In this document: positions 32,226-45,000 of the stretch, one piece after another
Numbering within the stretch: the first letter of the stretch is position 1
Layout of the letters: every line of letters begins with the position of its first letter
NCBI GenBank assembly: GCA_047495785.1
Contig: JBLDXI010000003.1
Location: 558,001 to 622,000 of the forward strand
DNA from: Lepidodermella squamata
Taxonomy: Eukaryota; Animalia; Gastrotricha
Length of the DNA: 64,000 nt
Direction of reading: 5' to 3'
Translations under genes and position numbers: made by a program
The notes under the pieces: generated by a model
Databases searched by the model: none
What the model saw: only the letters and a program-made list of their open reading frames with translations
What the model was told of the DNA's origin: nothing

Positions 32226-34496
32226 ATGGCTTGTATTAAACCTAAGATATTTTTCGCGTTAGTTCTTCTCGTCGTTCATAGCGAGTTGGCGCTATCAAAG
32301 AATAGAACCAAGACAATCCGCTTGCTTTCCCTTGTACCTGTATTTGGCATGGATCCGAGGCAAGTTCAAGGATTCACAGCAGCTATCAGCTACGTTTTGG
32401 ACAAAGTTCACTCAAGTGCCAACATACTAAGCGATTATCACATCGAGGTGGAACAGCAGGAAGAATTTCTCGGAAACTATGCTGTGAAGAGGGTGATTGA
32501 ACATCGTCGAATGGCAAGTAGCCAAATGCCTATCATTTTCGGAGCTGCCTTTGGCGAGGGATGTAAATCGCTCGGGGCGATCCTCCACCACATTGACAGC
32601 ATAGCCATCAGCCCAATGTGTGTAGCGCCTTATTTAGTTAACCGACAGCTAATTCCGAATTTATTCCTATCGGTTGCGACCACTAAGACGTCGGTCATGG
32701 CTGTTTTAGCATTTATGCGCCAAATCGGGAAGTGGGACACTTTAGCCATTGTAACGAGTTCAACCGTACTTTTCGATTATTCCACAGCTTTCCTACTAAA
32801 CGATCAGGCAATTGCGAACGGCTTCAAAGTTCAAAGCTTTGATGCGATCAACGAGGTGACGCCCGATGCAATCGCTGTTTTGAAAGCTTCGAGGCAAAGG
32901 GTGATCTATTTATCGATAAGTCATCCTACAATGGGACCGCAGTTCCTTTGCGAGCTTTATCGAGCTGGGATCACAGGGTCGAAGTATGTCATCTTCGCTC
33001 CAATCACACCTTTCTCAACTACGGCAGTTCCCGGATGCTCGAGGGAAATCTTGACCGAGCAGTACCGCCAGGTCCTTTTCCAAGGCATTGTTACAAAACC
33101 TTTAAACAGCTCAGCAAGAACTGATCTAGGCGACAATGCTGCGGAATTCAACGAATTTTTGGAGAGCCGAAATATTTCTTTGCGTGATGATCCCTTCCTG
33201 GCATACATATTTCGAGACGCTCTCTCAACAACTTTGATCACTTTAAATCAAACGGATAGCATACTGAAAGAGGAATTCAATCTCACATTGTTAGATTACG
33301 ATCGCTACCCGAAACTTGTGGCTACAGTTACACGGAGAGCTTTGCTGTCAACTGAATTCAATGGTGTTAGAGTTGGAAGACAATCATATAGCAATGAGGG
33401 CCAACTAATTGGAGATGCTGTTAATCTCGCCCAAATGAGTTCGAAGGGTGGTATGACGGCTCGTCTGATCATCCGCCAATCGCGAACCAATTCTAAGGGG
33501 GGATCTGACCTTCAAAGTTTAGTCCTTGAAGCAGTCACTCCCATTTTTTGGTTAGGCGGATCTCCTCCGAGGGTTCAGCCTTTTGTTCATTCGGAAATGT
33601 CGACAATCAACAAGCCATTTTTCGCAGTAATTTGGCTCATAATAATCGTTGCGACCCTTATGCAATGCTGGGTCGTACTCGCAATTACAGCAAACAAACT
33701 GAGGTTTCAGTTTAGAATTTTGAAGTTGACCGGATTGCTAGGGTGTCTATTACTCAATTCGGCTGCTGCCTGTTATTCGATCGATCGAACTGAAGATGCA
33801 CCTAGCCTATACGATATCTCAGTTTTCCTCGCGTTACTCGGAGGTTACGTCCCCATGTCTCTCTCGGCATTTCGCATACTTGCTTTGCACGTGCTTTTAA
33901 TGAAGCAAATTGTTCACCCAGTTGTTCAAAGAACAGATAAAATTCGCCCACTGAAATCTCTGCAGCTAATCGAGAAGCATTGCCTGAAGCTTTTCTCGTT
34001 ATCGAGTGTAGGAGTTGCGGCTTTGATGATTAGCTGGATTACAACGCGAAACACGAAGTGCCCAAAGCTTCAAATGTTCGCACCGATTTACGATGAACCT
34101 TCCGATACGATTACTGAAAAGTTCGTCATAAAATGTTTGAATTATGGCTCCAGTTCGGCGATAGGATCTGCCCTTCTCGGAGCTATTGGCTTTTACGTTG
34201 AAGTTTTACTGATGTTTGCATCTTTTCGATGCTACCAAATAGGGCATGTCATAAAAAGTCAGAAGATTGAAGTTCCGGAATTCGCATCGAGTGCTGTGGC
34301 TGTAATTTTTAGCGCGACCATGCTACCTGCTGTCATATTAATTCAAATCATTTTGGCCAAAGAAGGTTCGACGCAGCAAGCTATAATGTCACTCGAATGC
34401 TTAATTGTGTCCGCCGCATTTTCCAGTCTGTACATAGCGCCAATTATCCGTGAGCTGAAGAGAGTAGCTAAATGTACCAGGGTGGCCAATGTATAA
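32226..34496 (+). CDS. Class C GPCR, GABA-B-type architecture, intronless, copy 2
   Basis: Collinear paralogue of 21006-23300. The true start is ATG at 32226 (MACIKPKIFF), by alignment with MALIKPVFLL. Confidence 0.88.
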   Translation: MACIKPKIFFALVLLVVHSELALSKNRTKTIRLLSLVPVFGMDPRQVQGFTAAISYVLDKVHSSANILSDYHIEVEQQEEFLGNYAVKRVIEHRRMASSQMPIIFGAAFGEGCKSLGAILHHIDSIAISPMCVAPYLVNRQLIPNLFLSVATTKTSVMAVLAFMRQIGKWDTLAIVTSSTVLFDYSTAFLLNDQAIANGFKVQSFDAINEVTPDAIAVLKASRQRVIYLSISHPTMGPQFLCELYRAGITGSKYVIFAPITPFSTTAVPGCSREILTEQYRQVLFQGIVTKPLNSSARTDLGDNAAEFNEFLESRNISLRDDPFLAYIFRDALSTTLITLNQTDSILKEEFNLTLLDYDRYPKLVATVTRRALLSTEFNGVRVGRQSYSNEGQLIGDAVNLAQMSSKGGMTARLIIRQSRTNSKGGSDLQSLVLEAVTPIFWLGGSPPRVQPFVHSEMSTINKPFFAVIWLIIIVATLMQCWVVLAITANKLRFQFRILKLTGLLGCLLLNSAAACYSIDRTEDAPSLYDISVFLALLGGYVPMSLSAFRILALHVLLMKQIVHPVVQRTDKIRPLKSLQLIEKHCLKLFSLSSVGVAALMISWITTRNTKCPKLQMFAPIYDEPSDTITEKFVIKCLNYGSSSAIGSALLGAIGFYVEVLLMFASFRCYQIGHVIKSQKIEVPEFASSAVAVIFSATMLPAVILIQIILAKEGSTQQAIMSLECLIVSAAFSSLYIAPIIRELKRVAKCTRVANV

Positions 34497-34553
34497 ACAT
34501 GACATGTATAAACCTGATGTATAAACATGTATAAACATGCCGTATAAAATTTA

Positions 34554-35011
34554 CATATATGTGTCGTATCGTATAAGGCAATTTCTTCCAATAGCCGATT
34601 GAGACATCTCAATGAGCAATCCGAATTGTTCCCAACGTCATTTTCGGTTATTTTAATCAGTTTTAAAAATTTGGAAACCAAGCAAGATTACAGGATAGCC
34701 TTTCGCCTATCAAGCAGAGCCCACTCTTTCCCTAATAACTTGTTTCGTATCTGCGTGTTTTATGAGTTTTTTAAAACCTAGCGTATTTTCACTGTAACTG
34801 TCTTCTGGCCTTCTCGGCCCATTTAAACTCTTTATTATTCTATTAGCAGACCAATCGATAGGGCTATTCGGGCTCTTTAATATGTGATAGATAATTATTC
34901 AATAACCTGAAGGCTGGTGAAAACAACAGGAAAAAAGCATTGCTCATTGATTGCTCATTGAGATATCTCTATCGGCCATTGGAAGGATTGCCTTACACGA
35001 TACGACATATG
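34554..35011. mobile_element. TA-flanked MITE with ~65-bp TIRs
   Basis: TGTCGTATCGTATAAGGCAATTTCTTCCAATAGCCGATTGAGACATCTCAATGAGCAATC is mirrored at about 34949-35011, with TA at both ends. Confidence 0.78.
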
Positions 35012-35099
35012 TATAAACCGCTCCACGTGGCAATATTGTGCACCGAAAGCCCTCATTTCGTGATATCCTTGTCTAGTCACTTGTCATTTTTGAGTATTT

Positions 35100-35645
35100 G
35101 CAACAAATAACAAATATATACATGGCGGAGAGAAACCGGGGCGGTAGACCCGGAAGCCCTACCAGAAATAATTTTTTACTTGCCTCTTCTTCCAACGACC
35201 TCCCACCCAATCTAGCCGAATGTGTAGCGTGTCATGACATATGGCATATTCGAGTAGCGAAACGCATTTTGAAACTCTTCGTACCCATTCGAATTGTCGA
35301 ATTGCAAAAAAATTAAGGAAGAATTTGATTCGAGAACACCGACACCGGCTATAGGAGGAACGCCGTAACGAAAACGAACTCAAGAATACGACTCGCCATC
35401 TTCATCTTCCTCGAATTGCTCGATGGCTGGACATCAGAATCTGGTGGGATTATTTCGACGATTTTCGGCACAGCGCTCGATTGGCATCTCATCAATTCTC
35501 GCGATGTTGATGAAAATGGCAGCAAAGCTGAGGCGATGTTCCCTCATCTCAAAAATTCGTGCAATGATATTACCAACCTAGGCGGGACGGTTGTTGGACT
35601 GGTAAGCGACAACGAGGCCAAAATGCAGCTGCTTCGTGATGGTGT
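35100..35645 (+). mobile_element. hAT-superfamily transposase relic (BED finger remnant + DDE N-terminal part)
   Basis: AECVAC at about 35215; LDGWTS...VVGLVSDNEAKM at 35416-35630, matching hAT/DUF659-type motifs. Frameshifted and truncated. Confidence 0.7.
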
Positions 35646-36001
35646 CATCTTGGGGTCACATTTTGGTTTGTCGGCATCTATAAAGGACGTCCGGTACGAA
35701 ATGGCAGTTTTTACCCCTCCCCCTTGATGCCACATTTGGCGAGCCCCGTCCTTTAGCATGTCACAACGCCCGTCCCTCCCCCTCCTCTGTTTTACACCAA
35801 TGCAGAGAACGAAAAAGACAAAAAGACAATGTGACCTCGCAATTTTTTTTATTCTCCGTCATCAAAGCGTCGCACTTTACAGGAATAATAAGAAGTCGAT
35901 ACTATTTACACACCGAAATTTACACAAGAAAAAAGAAAAACTGAATAGAATAATAACACGGTATCGAAAAAACACAGGAGGGAAAAAGTCGCGTTTATTC
36001 A

Positions 36002-39000
36002 TCATTTAACAAGCTTGTAACGAGTATAACGGTGGTACGGCGGCGCCACGTCGGAACCCGCCGGCACCGGCTCGACGCCCCGGTCGACAAACCACCCAGC
36101 CGTGTCGGCGCGCATGGCCGGCGACACGTGTTTCGCCTCGAAGTCGGCGAGCCACGCCTGCAGCCGCTGGTTCTGCGTCTGCGCCACCCGTCGCTGCACC
36201 TCGTCGTGCTTGATCGGCCGGCCGGAACGGAAAAACACCATGCGGTGGTCGTTCGTGTACTGGATGCGCAGCGTTTTCGGGCAGATGATCGCGTGCTCGT
36301 TGTCCCAGGCGAGCAACTGCGCCCGCCTCGGGTCGTCCGCCGCCAGGCCGTTCGCCTCGAGTCGACCCCAGGCTGTCCCAGATTCGACCGGGCCATTACC
36401 GGGTGTGGACGCTGATTCGTTGTCGTTTTCGAAGGCGAGATTCCGCCGCCAGCCTCGCAGAAGGAATCTCGGTCGGCGGTATGACATTCTGAGGCGAAGT
36501 TCCGGGGCGGCGTAGCTTCGGACATAGGACGCCCAGTTTTGCGGCGAGCCTGGGTCGTTGCCTGGGCTGCTCGACTCGGCGGCGATGAGTTCGACGGCGA
36601 GCGCCACCCGGTTCGGGTTTGCGGTCGATGCGGCGAAGCGGAACACGTTGTCGGCGGGCAGCAACCGGCAGATGCGTCGCTCGTACGCGATTTCGGCCAA
36701 CTGGCGTTGAGCAGGGTCCAATAATCTGAAAATATAAATTACAAAATGAAACTCTGAAAAATTTGAATTTTATATCCTAAATACTGCATAAAATTTTAAA
36801 AAATCTTCAAAGAACGGTTAACAAATATTCTAGAAGAAACCCTTCATTGCAGCTTGCTTGTGGCAGACGTCTTTCCAACTAAAGCGAGGCTTAAGCGATC
36901 GACCACGAATGGATTTTATACACATCACGCAATTCCATTGAAAATTACTTCTGCGAATGGATGGAGTGTTACCATACAAAGATAAGTATAATAAGGAAAA
37001 AGAAGCCGGGAAGAGGCGGAATTCAGCGAATTTCAATTTTTCACTCATCCTTGAGCTTTCGACCTTCAATTCAGCTAAGTAAATTTTTACAGTAAGACAT
37101 CTCAAGCCCAGTAGCTAAATCTCGACACACCAGATGTACATCGGCATAAATTGAGTCAACGATTCCACCGAGCCTTTCGAAAAATGTTCGACAAGAGGCG
37201 TGCGGTTCAATGCTAGTTAGTTCGTATAATGATTGTTCTGACATTCCCTGCCCCATGCTGCATGGCTCAGATATTGTCAAGTCCAACGGAAAATGGTATA
37301 AACAATCGCATGGACTAGAAATCGGGCCGTCAACTCTCCATATTGATATGTTTCACGAATCAATCGACTGCAACGATTTTGTTCAACTTATCGGCCAGTG
37401 CGTCATTCATCATCAACGACCTCAGTTACAAAGCATTCAACATCGAGCAATTCAAAGTTGTCATCAAGGCCTTAAAAGCGAAATATGACTGGTTTTTCCA
37501 AGATTAAACTTGACAAAATTAGTCAATCACCTTGAAACCGACGTCAGAAGTTCCAAAGGGGTATGCATATTTGCACCACTGAATGAGGTCCTAGTTCTGA
37601 AAACTACAATAAAACACTGAATTTTTTCAATTCCTGACTATTTCGGCTTTTTCGTTTGATAATCGATAGATACTCAAGCCCTCACTAGACCTAGAATGTT
37701 CTATTTCAGCTACATTGGTGCCCTAGGCTATGAGGAAAAATTAACGATATCAAATTCCAAGCCGAAAGATCGGAAAATCACTGATTTCTAAAGTCGACAC
37801 TGGCTGAATCGGTTTTGACTGAAGTGAAACTCGTCAAGCACAAAATAAGCGAAGATCCATCGATTTATTCCCGTGCCCCCGAAACAGTTTCCCCGAAAAC
37901 TGTGAGCGCGACTTGATTGTGTTGAGTAGCTTTTTCCGGAAACAGCGATAACACACGGCTTGTCCTTACAGACTATCGGTTGAAATCTTAAATGTTAACA
38001 GAAGGCGCGACGCTAGCGTCCCCACACCCGATCATCTGGCAATTTATCGACCTGATCTTGAAGGAAAATAGAGGCGTAGATGCTAAGGTCATACAGCAAA
38101 GCGGCGGCCAGCAGCTCAAATGTCGCGTGAAACAATATGCTGATCTCGACCACCATTTCCACGAACTTGAACAATGGTATTTGGCGGAATGCCGAATTAT
38201 CGATAATCAAGGCTTCGGTCCTCACAACAAGGCTCAACAAGGCGATTAAACAAACTTATTGAATTTTTTGTGGCTTATAAATGCCTCAGATTAGCAAGAC
38301 GTCTTGAAGCTTTGAAAATCTGCGTCGTTTGTAGATTTATATGTAATAAAGATGAGGCTGTGCGCGTTTTCGGAGTAATGAGTTTTAGGACATCGAGCAA
38401 TTTCGGGGAGATGGGAACGCACCGATAAGTTTTCACATCGAAATAAAAGAAATTATTGACGGGAATTTACCAACAAATCTTTCGAATCATTCTTCATAGT
38501 AACTTGGTATTTAACATGCGTAATCGTAGGTAAGTAATTTACGACAAACCTGGCTGTTGCGACGCCCTCGCGCAGCATCTCGTGGAAAGTGGCCATGGTC
38601 GCCGCGTGCGCGTCGTCCGTCACCAGGTGCTGCAGCTGCTTGACGACGTGCTGCACGAGTTTGTCGAGCGTGAAGCCCCAGTATGCGTGGATGCCGAACA
38701 TGGCCCGCAGCTGCTCCTCGTACGCGTTCGCGTCGATCGAACAGTCGAGCAGTTGCCGCACAAGCTCCAACAGAGCCGAATAATACCTAAAATACAATAC
38801 AAACAAATAAACATTGAATTACATCGGCGAAATTCAACTAGCGACTCTCGACTTTTCATTGACTCAAGAATATCAAATAATAAAACTGAAATTTCGAAAC
38901 ATTTCATGTCCCAGATTTGTTTATAATACATAGAAAAATTTAGTGGAGATGGGACCGAATTTCCAAGCTTCAAAGAAAAAAGGGATATAGTGAAAGCATC

Positions 39001-42000
39001 ACCAAATTATTGAATTCAGTACCAAATTATTCCAATCAGTTGCAAATCCCCAATTTAAGACCCAGCCTTCAACCCTAACCCTAGCTAGGTAAATAACGAA
39101 TAAAATGGTTAGGTATTGAATTAAATGAAATTTGGTAACGGCGTATGATTTTCCCCAAGAAAAAAGGTCAAATTTCAACAAATTTGCACCTCAGCTAATT
39201 TCAGAAAATGCTTGAATTCCTCCGGTTGAGTCGCAAGTCGAAATTACACGCCTCAAATGTGATGAGGGATTAGCATTAATTTTGGAATGTTTCAGAACTT
39301 GAGAGTCCAGTATGTTTACAAATTTCGAATTTTTCTCCATAGTCAATTATATGATTCTAGAAATTTCTCAAATGAACCTAATAACGCTCGAGCTACCGTA
39401 ATTTATTTGATTTTTTCAGATTATCCCGAAATTCCAAGAAATCTTGAAAATTATAATTTTAATCAAACCAAGAAATGTGGGGTAACAGCCATTGATTCCA
39501 TCTTGGATCTAGTCTCAGGCTATCAGAAGACCGATGATATAGTAAAATTGTTCGAAAATTGTTCCAAATTTATGATAATTTATTTCAAATTGTTATCGAC
39601 TTCAAAAAACTTTTTAGGATTTTTATTTAAAAAATAAGAATCAGAAATTACCTTGCGGGTTCGCATTCTGGCGGTTGCTTGAACTTGAGCTTCGACGCAG
39701 CGGCCGATTTCGAGTCGACGGGCGGGTCGTTTTCGGCCGCCAGCGCCGCCGCCGTCGCCGCCCGCTGCAGCATCTGCAACCGCACGCACAGCAGGTTGTG
39801 CAGGCGGAAGAACAAGTACCAGTGGTTGCCACCGAAAAACAGCGACGCGTTCGTGTCGATGGCGGACGGCAGCAGGTGTGGGCCTTCCTTCAACTGCGCG
39901 TTGAGATGCCCGTTCACCGACGAGTTCTGCTGCTGCTGGCTAGAGTTGTTGCCGGATGATTGGAGAAGTTGAGTTTCCATCAACATTGGGCTCGTACACG
40001 CCGCTTCATCGGTCGCGGCTGCGACGGGTTTTTCGAGTGACGAACTCTCAGATTTGACAGTTGGTTTTTCTTCGAGCTTGGTCTAATAAAATAAAATGAT
40101 ATATTTGATAAATTCGCGAAATTTTCATGACGTCATAGCAAATCGAAAATCAATTTTTCAATTCGATTTCAAATTTCAGAGCTTATCAAAATTTAAAATC
40201 AGAATTCAGAAGTTCAAAATTCCAAAAATAATTGGGATTTTTAAGACTTTTCAAGGGTAATACCGTTGTTTTATGGTATTTTGCTTTTTTTCCCCGAATA
40301 ACTGCGAAAAATCGCCAAAATCGTTGTATTTTATTTAAAAATTGATGAATCGTGTTTCGCTTCCGTTCACAGTGCTTTCAGAGTAACGATTTGTCTCTAC
40401 TTATTGTCGATTGCTATTTGCTATGGCACGATAGCCCATCTTCCGGGCAATGTATGTCTCGCCATAATATGTACAACTCTCACGCTGCTAGGATTGCTCT
40501 CTTCTACTACTCGGTGCGCCTGATTGGGGACAACAGCACTGAGCCGGCTTACAAATCTTAGCAACAACTGATCCAACTTATTTTTAGTGATATATTCAAT
40601 TTTTTTCATTTGTTGTATCGGATTCGAAACAGCCCCTGAAGATGCTCCTGAGCTGCAATGGAGAACGCGCCGTTGGCAATCGAAGAAGAGTCTAACGACT
40701 GATAATGAATGATACAAATTTCGATGGGATGAATTTCACGACGATAGCACGTGTGCAGGGTTTCGCTGCGAGTTGAAACGAGGGATTGTCGGTAAAAAAT
40801 CCCCTACTACATATCATAACTCAATGGTGCAACCGTAAACAAGATCGTAGCAACTTGAGCTCTGGTTTCTTATGGCCTCACTGCTTTGCGCTAAGCTCAT
40901 CTGCAGTTTGCGAGGGATGACTATTGATGAGGTTCTGGAAAAGACCTCGACGAACTTTGCTGAATGCTTCAAAATTTTCTCATCCTCGATGGAGTTTGAT
41001 ACCGCTCAACATTGCTGACATATAATTATGGTGCTGCAATTCACATAGGGACATCACGAACGTCGTAGACAAAATGTCTGAAAATGCCGAGTCGTAAGTG
41101 TATCACAGAGATGACATGTTAGTCAAATAGTATTTTTTTACCAGATTGTTGATGCAATTTCAAGACAAAAATCGGGAGGTCAGTCGTTTGTACACAAATA
41201 ACATAAAGTGAGCTTTAACACGATCCACGGCGATATAACATGTAGTTTTCCTTTACGTCTACTTCAACTTCATTAAACAAAATGCCGTTGTTTGTTTCGA
41301 AGATCGAATAATTTACTCGCCAGATCAATACCGGAGCCTCGAGACATCGAAAATTTGGCCGTGCATTGAATGGCGTGAACGACTGACAACTATCGTCGTC
41401 GCCCTGATCGTCGGCTTTATAACCGGAATGTTTGGCGTGTATTTCACATTGGAGTCCGTGAAACAAGCAGTTTGCGGATGACTTGGCCGAATTTCTCAAA
41501 CAACAACAAAACATGGTAGAGGCGATGCCACCGCAAATTTTACTACGATTCTAGCGCGAAAAAAGAGCTCAAATCTCTGGAAAAAGCTGATTCAACGACC
41601 TTTCGGTACCCGGTCAAGGATTTCCTCGATTTACGGGGATTTGTCGACCCGTTACAAGGAGGCTGAGTATTTGGCTGAGCGTTGTCTGCTGGCCACCCGA
41701 AATGATGAGGTCGACCTCTTGAATGAACGAATTTTCAAAGAAATTTCCGAGAACGAATTAGTTTATTCAAGTGCAGACTCTGTTGAAAACCCGTATGAGC
41801 GACAATGGTACCCAACAGAGCTGCTGAACACATTCACTCCACCAAGTCTACCACCTCATCGATTAGTGTTGAAAGTTGGAACCCCCGTTATTCTACTACG
41901 CAATCTCGACCCTGCTTCTGGTCTTCAGGTTCTTTCGACCTGATGATGAAGTAAGGTTCTCTTATTATTCTCGTTCTAGCCGACCTATTTAAAACCTAAT

Positions 42001-45000
42001 TTATCCTGACCGATTTGGGTGGGCTGCCGTTTTTTCTGGGCACTTTGTGAAACTATACTTGTTCGCTGCTGATAAGTCTCGGCCTGAGAATGGACACATG
42101 CATCCGAAATGCCGAATCTGCTTCGACTCTTTAGTAATTGAAAAAACTTGAAAAAAACCACACCTTTTTCGTTTCCTACCTGGAAGTCGCGACGCTGCAC
42201 TCTGAATATCAATTTTATTTGGAAATTCTATAAATTATTCTTAATGGGTAAAGCAGTATAACCAACCGCCGTTGTAGCCCTCTTGCTTAGAGAACCAAAT
42301 TTCGGAATTTTTATAAGGTCTAATGCCTTTTCGGAACATTTTAGGGAGCAATTTTATAGTCTATCATAATTCTGAAAAAATTGTCATTAAATTTAGCAAA
42401 AAATTAGGTCGAGAAATCGATGGTTGCCTCGAATTCTCAGAATTTTTCCAAAATTTGAAATTTTTAGAATTTGGCATATTTCGAGATGGGTTCCGCTAGA
42501 GATATTCCAATTTATTTATTAAGCTATTACACCCAAAGAGGGAAGCTTGACAAAGTATAAGGAAAACAACATATAATTGCAGGACAGGATCACATTTAGG
42601 ACAGGAAAAGTGTTGCAGAAGAGGACTATTCAATGGAGTCGACAGTCAAAGAGAATTATTTAAAAATTTCAACAAATTAAAAATTAAATAAATCGTTTCT
42701 GCCATCAGCCACGAGTTTTACGAAATTGAAATGTAAAATACTAAAAACCAGTATTATTTTTTAAATAATTTTGAGGAAACAAGAAAAAGCTTCGAAAACT
42801 TAGAAATGTTACCTCAGCACTTTGGCCAGTAGTCGTTGCTTCTTCGGTTTTCGACGTTGTATCCGCCTGCGGTTGGTCCGTCTCCATCGGCTGCGAAGCA
42901 TTTTGCTGCGAGTTCAGCCCGCCTTCATTCGCCGCCTCGCTCAGGTTGTTATTCGCCGCATTCGCAGCCTTCGTCGCCTCGAGCCGCTGGGCCCTAGCCT
43001 GCGCCCGCGCCTGCCGATTGGACACCTTCAATTGCCGCGCCTTTTCATCGTCATCCGACGCTGATTCATTCTCGGAATCTGTATCGTCCTCAGAGTCGGA
43101 GAAATCGTGCCGTTTCATGTGAAATAAGTCCGGCAAAAAGTGGTACAACAACTGCTTGATCATGCGTTTGTAGTCTTTCGTCAGACCGGTCTGGCGTTTA
43201 GCGTGGTGGACTATCAACTCGGTCGCATCGTCGATTATTGCCTGGTCATCGAACTGCAACATCATATGCGGTTCAGACCTAGACGCAAAAAATTCAAAAA
43301 TAAAAAAATTCCATCTCTTCCTTTGTAAAATTAGTCTTTATTTAGAAATTTAGATAAAATTACCAAAAATATTTCAAAAATTTAAATTTTAAGAATTAGC
43401 TAAATAATGAATTATAAATAAATTTAAAACGGTAAGTTTGTGGAAACGACGAATTTTTCAAAGAATTCTAGAAATTCGATTTTTCCACGAATTTCAAATT
43501 TTTTCAGTTTTTTGTACCAATTGTTTACATTTTCGAAAAATGAAATACAAATCGAATACAATATCATCGACAGACATTTTTGGGGAGAAATCATGATTAA
43601 CTAAAAAATTGAACGAATTTTACGGAAATTTCACAACCAAGTTTTTTCCTATTCTTACCAACCTTGTGATGCCACGATCGTCATTGCTAGCCGCTGCTTC
43701 AAATGCTTCTTCGATTTCGTTGAGCAGCGCTTTCGACCTCAACGCCTTCCCGTCATTCTGCTTGAAATTGACGCCCTGGTGGTCGAGAGATTTCAGGTAG
43801 AATTTTCGCATTTGCTCGCGCCAGATTTTGTTGAAAGCCCGCTGAGCATCGCGCCATTCATCGTCTTTCGCCTTGAGACGCCGCAGCACTATCGGCACAG
43901 CCACGACTGGGTTGCGCTTCAGACCTTCGATGATTTCAGGCGCTCGATCACCGTACAAACGCTGAATTGCCTTTTGTTGAATGACCTTTTAAAAAATAAA
44001 GAAATTTTTTGAAAAGAAATTTTCAAAAAAATCTGACCGAATTTTGCACTAAAATGTTATCTTCAATCGAAATTATTAAAATTATTCGCAAAGTTTGCTG
44101 TAATTCTAAAATTTTCAATGGAGTTCACAAATGTCTAGAATGCATTTCAATGCTTTTTGAATTATTATTGAGAAAAATCAGCTTATCAATAATTCCTAGA
44201 ATTTTCCTAAAATTATTCATTTTTCATATATTTTTTACGATTTCACGAATAATTCTTCGCTCAAACTACTAAATTGCAGATTGTCACACTTCTTATTGAT
44301 GAAAATTCAAATTACTCACCTCACTAGACCCGCCTAGGGTGTTATCGAGCCGATAATTAGCCGCATCTTCGGAGGACATTTTCGCCATTTTACGCTGCAC
44401 CGATTCGAGACACAAAATGGCCGATCGATTGATTTCAATGACCATCTCCAGCTCGAATCGCTCGTCCTCACACCGATAGATTGTCTCTTCAAACTGCGTT
44501 TTCTTCGCCGAGACGAAATACGATGACTCAGACCAGGCGGGGAATGAAACATAGCGATCATTGAGGACCTCGTAACACAGCGCAGTTCGGCCAGAACATT
44601 TCGGTTGCGGGTAATTGGCGGGTAAAACTCGATAAGACTCGGATTCGTCAATCATTTTTAAGGTGGAATAATCGACTTCAACCTGCGGATCTTGGCCCCA
44701 GCGACCGCCAGGCGCGTAAAGTGGCACAGAATTCGGGATAGCTAGGTCTTTCTGCCCAGATTGAGGTATCAACCCCATGATTTCCTTGAATTGCCTCAGC
44801 AGCTCGGGATGAGGGCGTAAAAACGGCAGAACCATTTGTAATAAGTCACTTTTCGACGCGACTTCATCCGCGTAAACATTGAGGCATCTCAGGAAATTTT
44901 CATAGACCTGCCGCGATTTTACAGCTTTGCGAAATTTGTCGAAAAACGCAATTTCCTCCAATTTACCGTACTTGGCCGCCTCGGCTAGGTCTGAATGCGC

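Noticed and set aside
36002-36721. GC-rich ORF as a horizontally acquired or separate gene
   Set aside because: It splices in frame (phase 2) to the Sin3 exon ending at 38549 and fits the Sin3 C-terminal region.
41943-42009. Possible box C/D snoRNA (ATGATGA...CTGA)
   Set aside because: No terminal stem or recognisable guide, and it abuts the Helitron relic.
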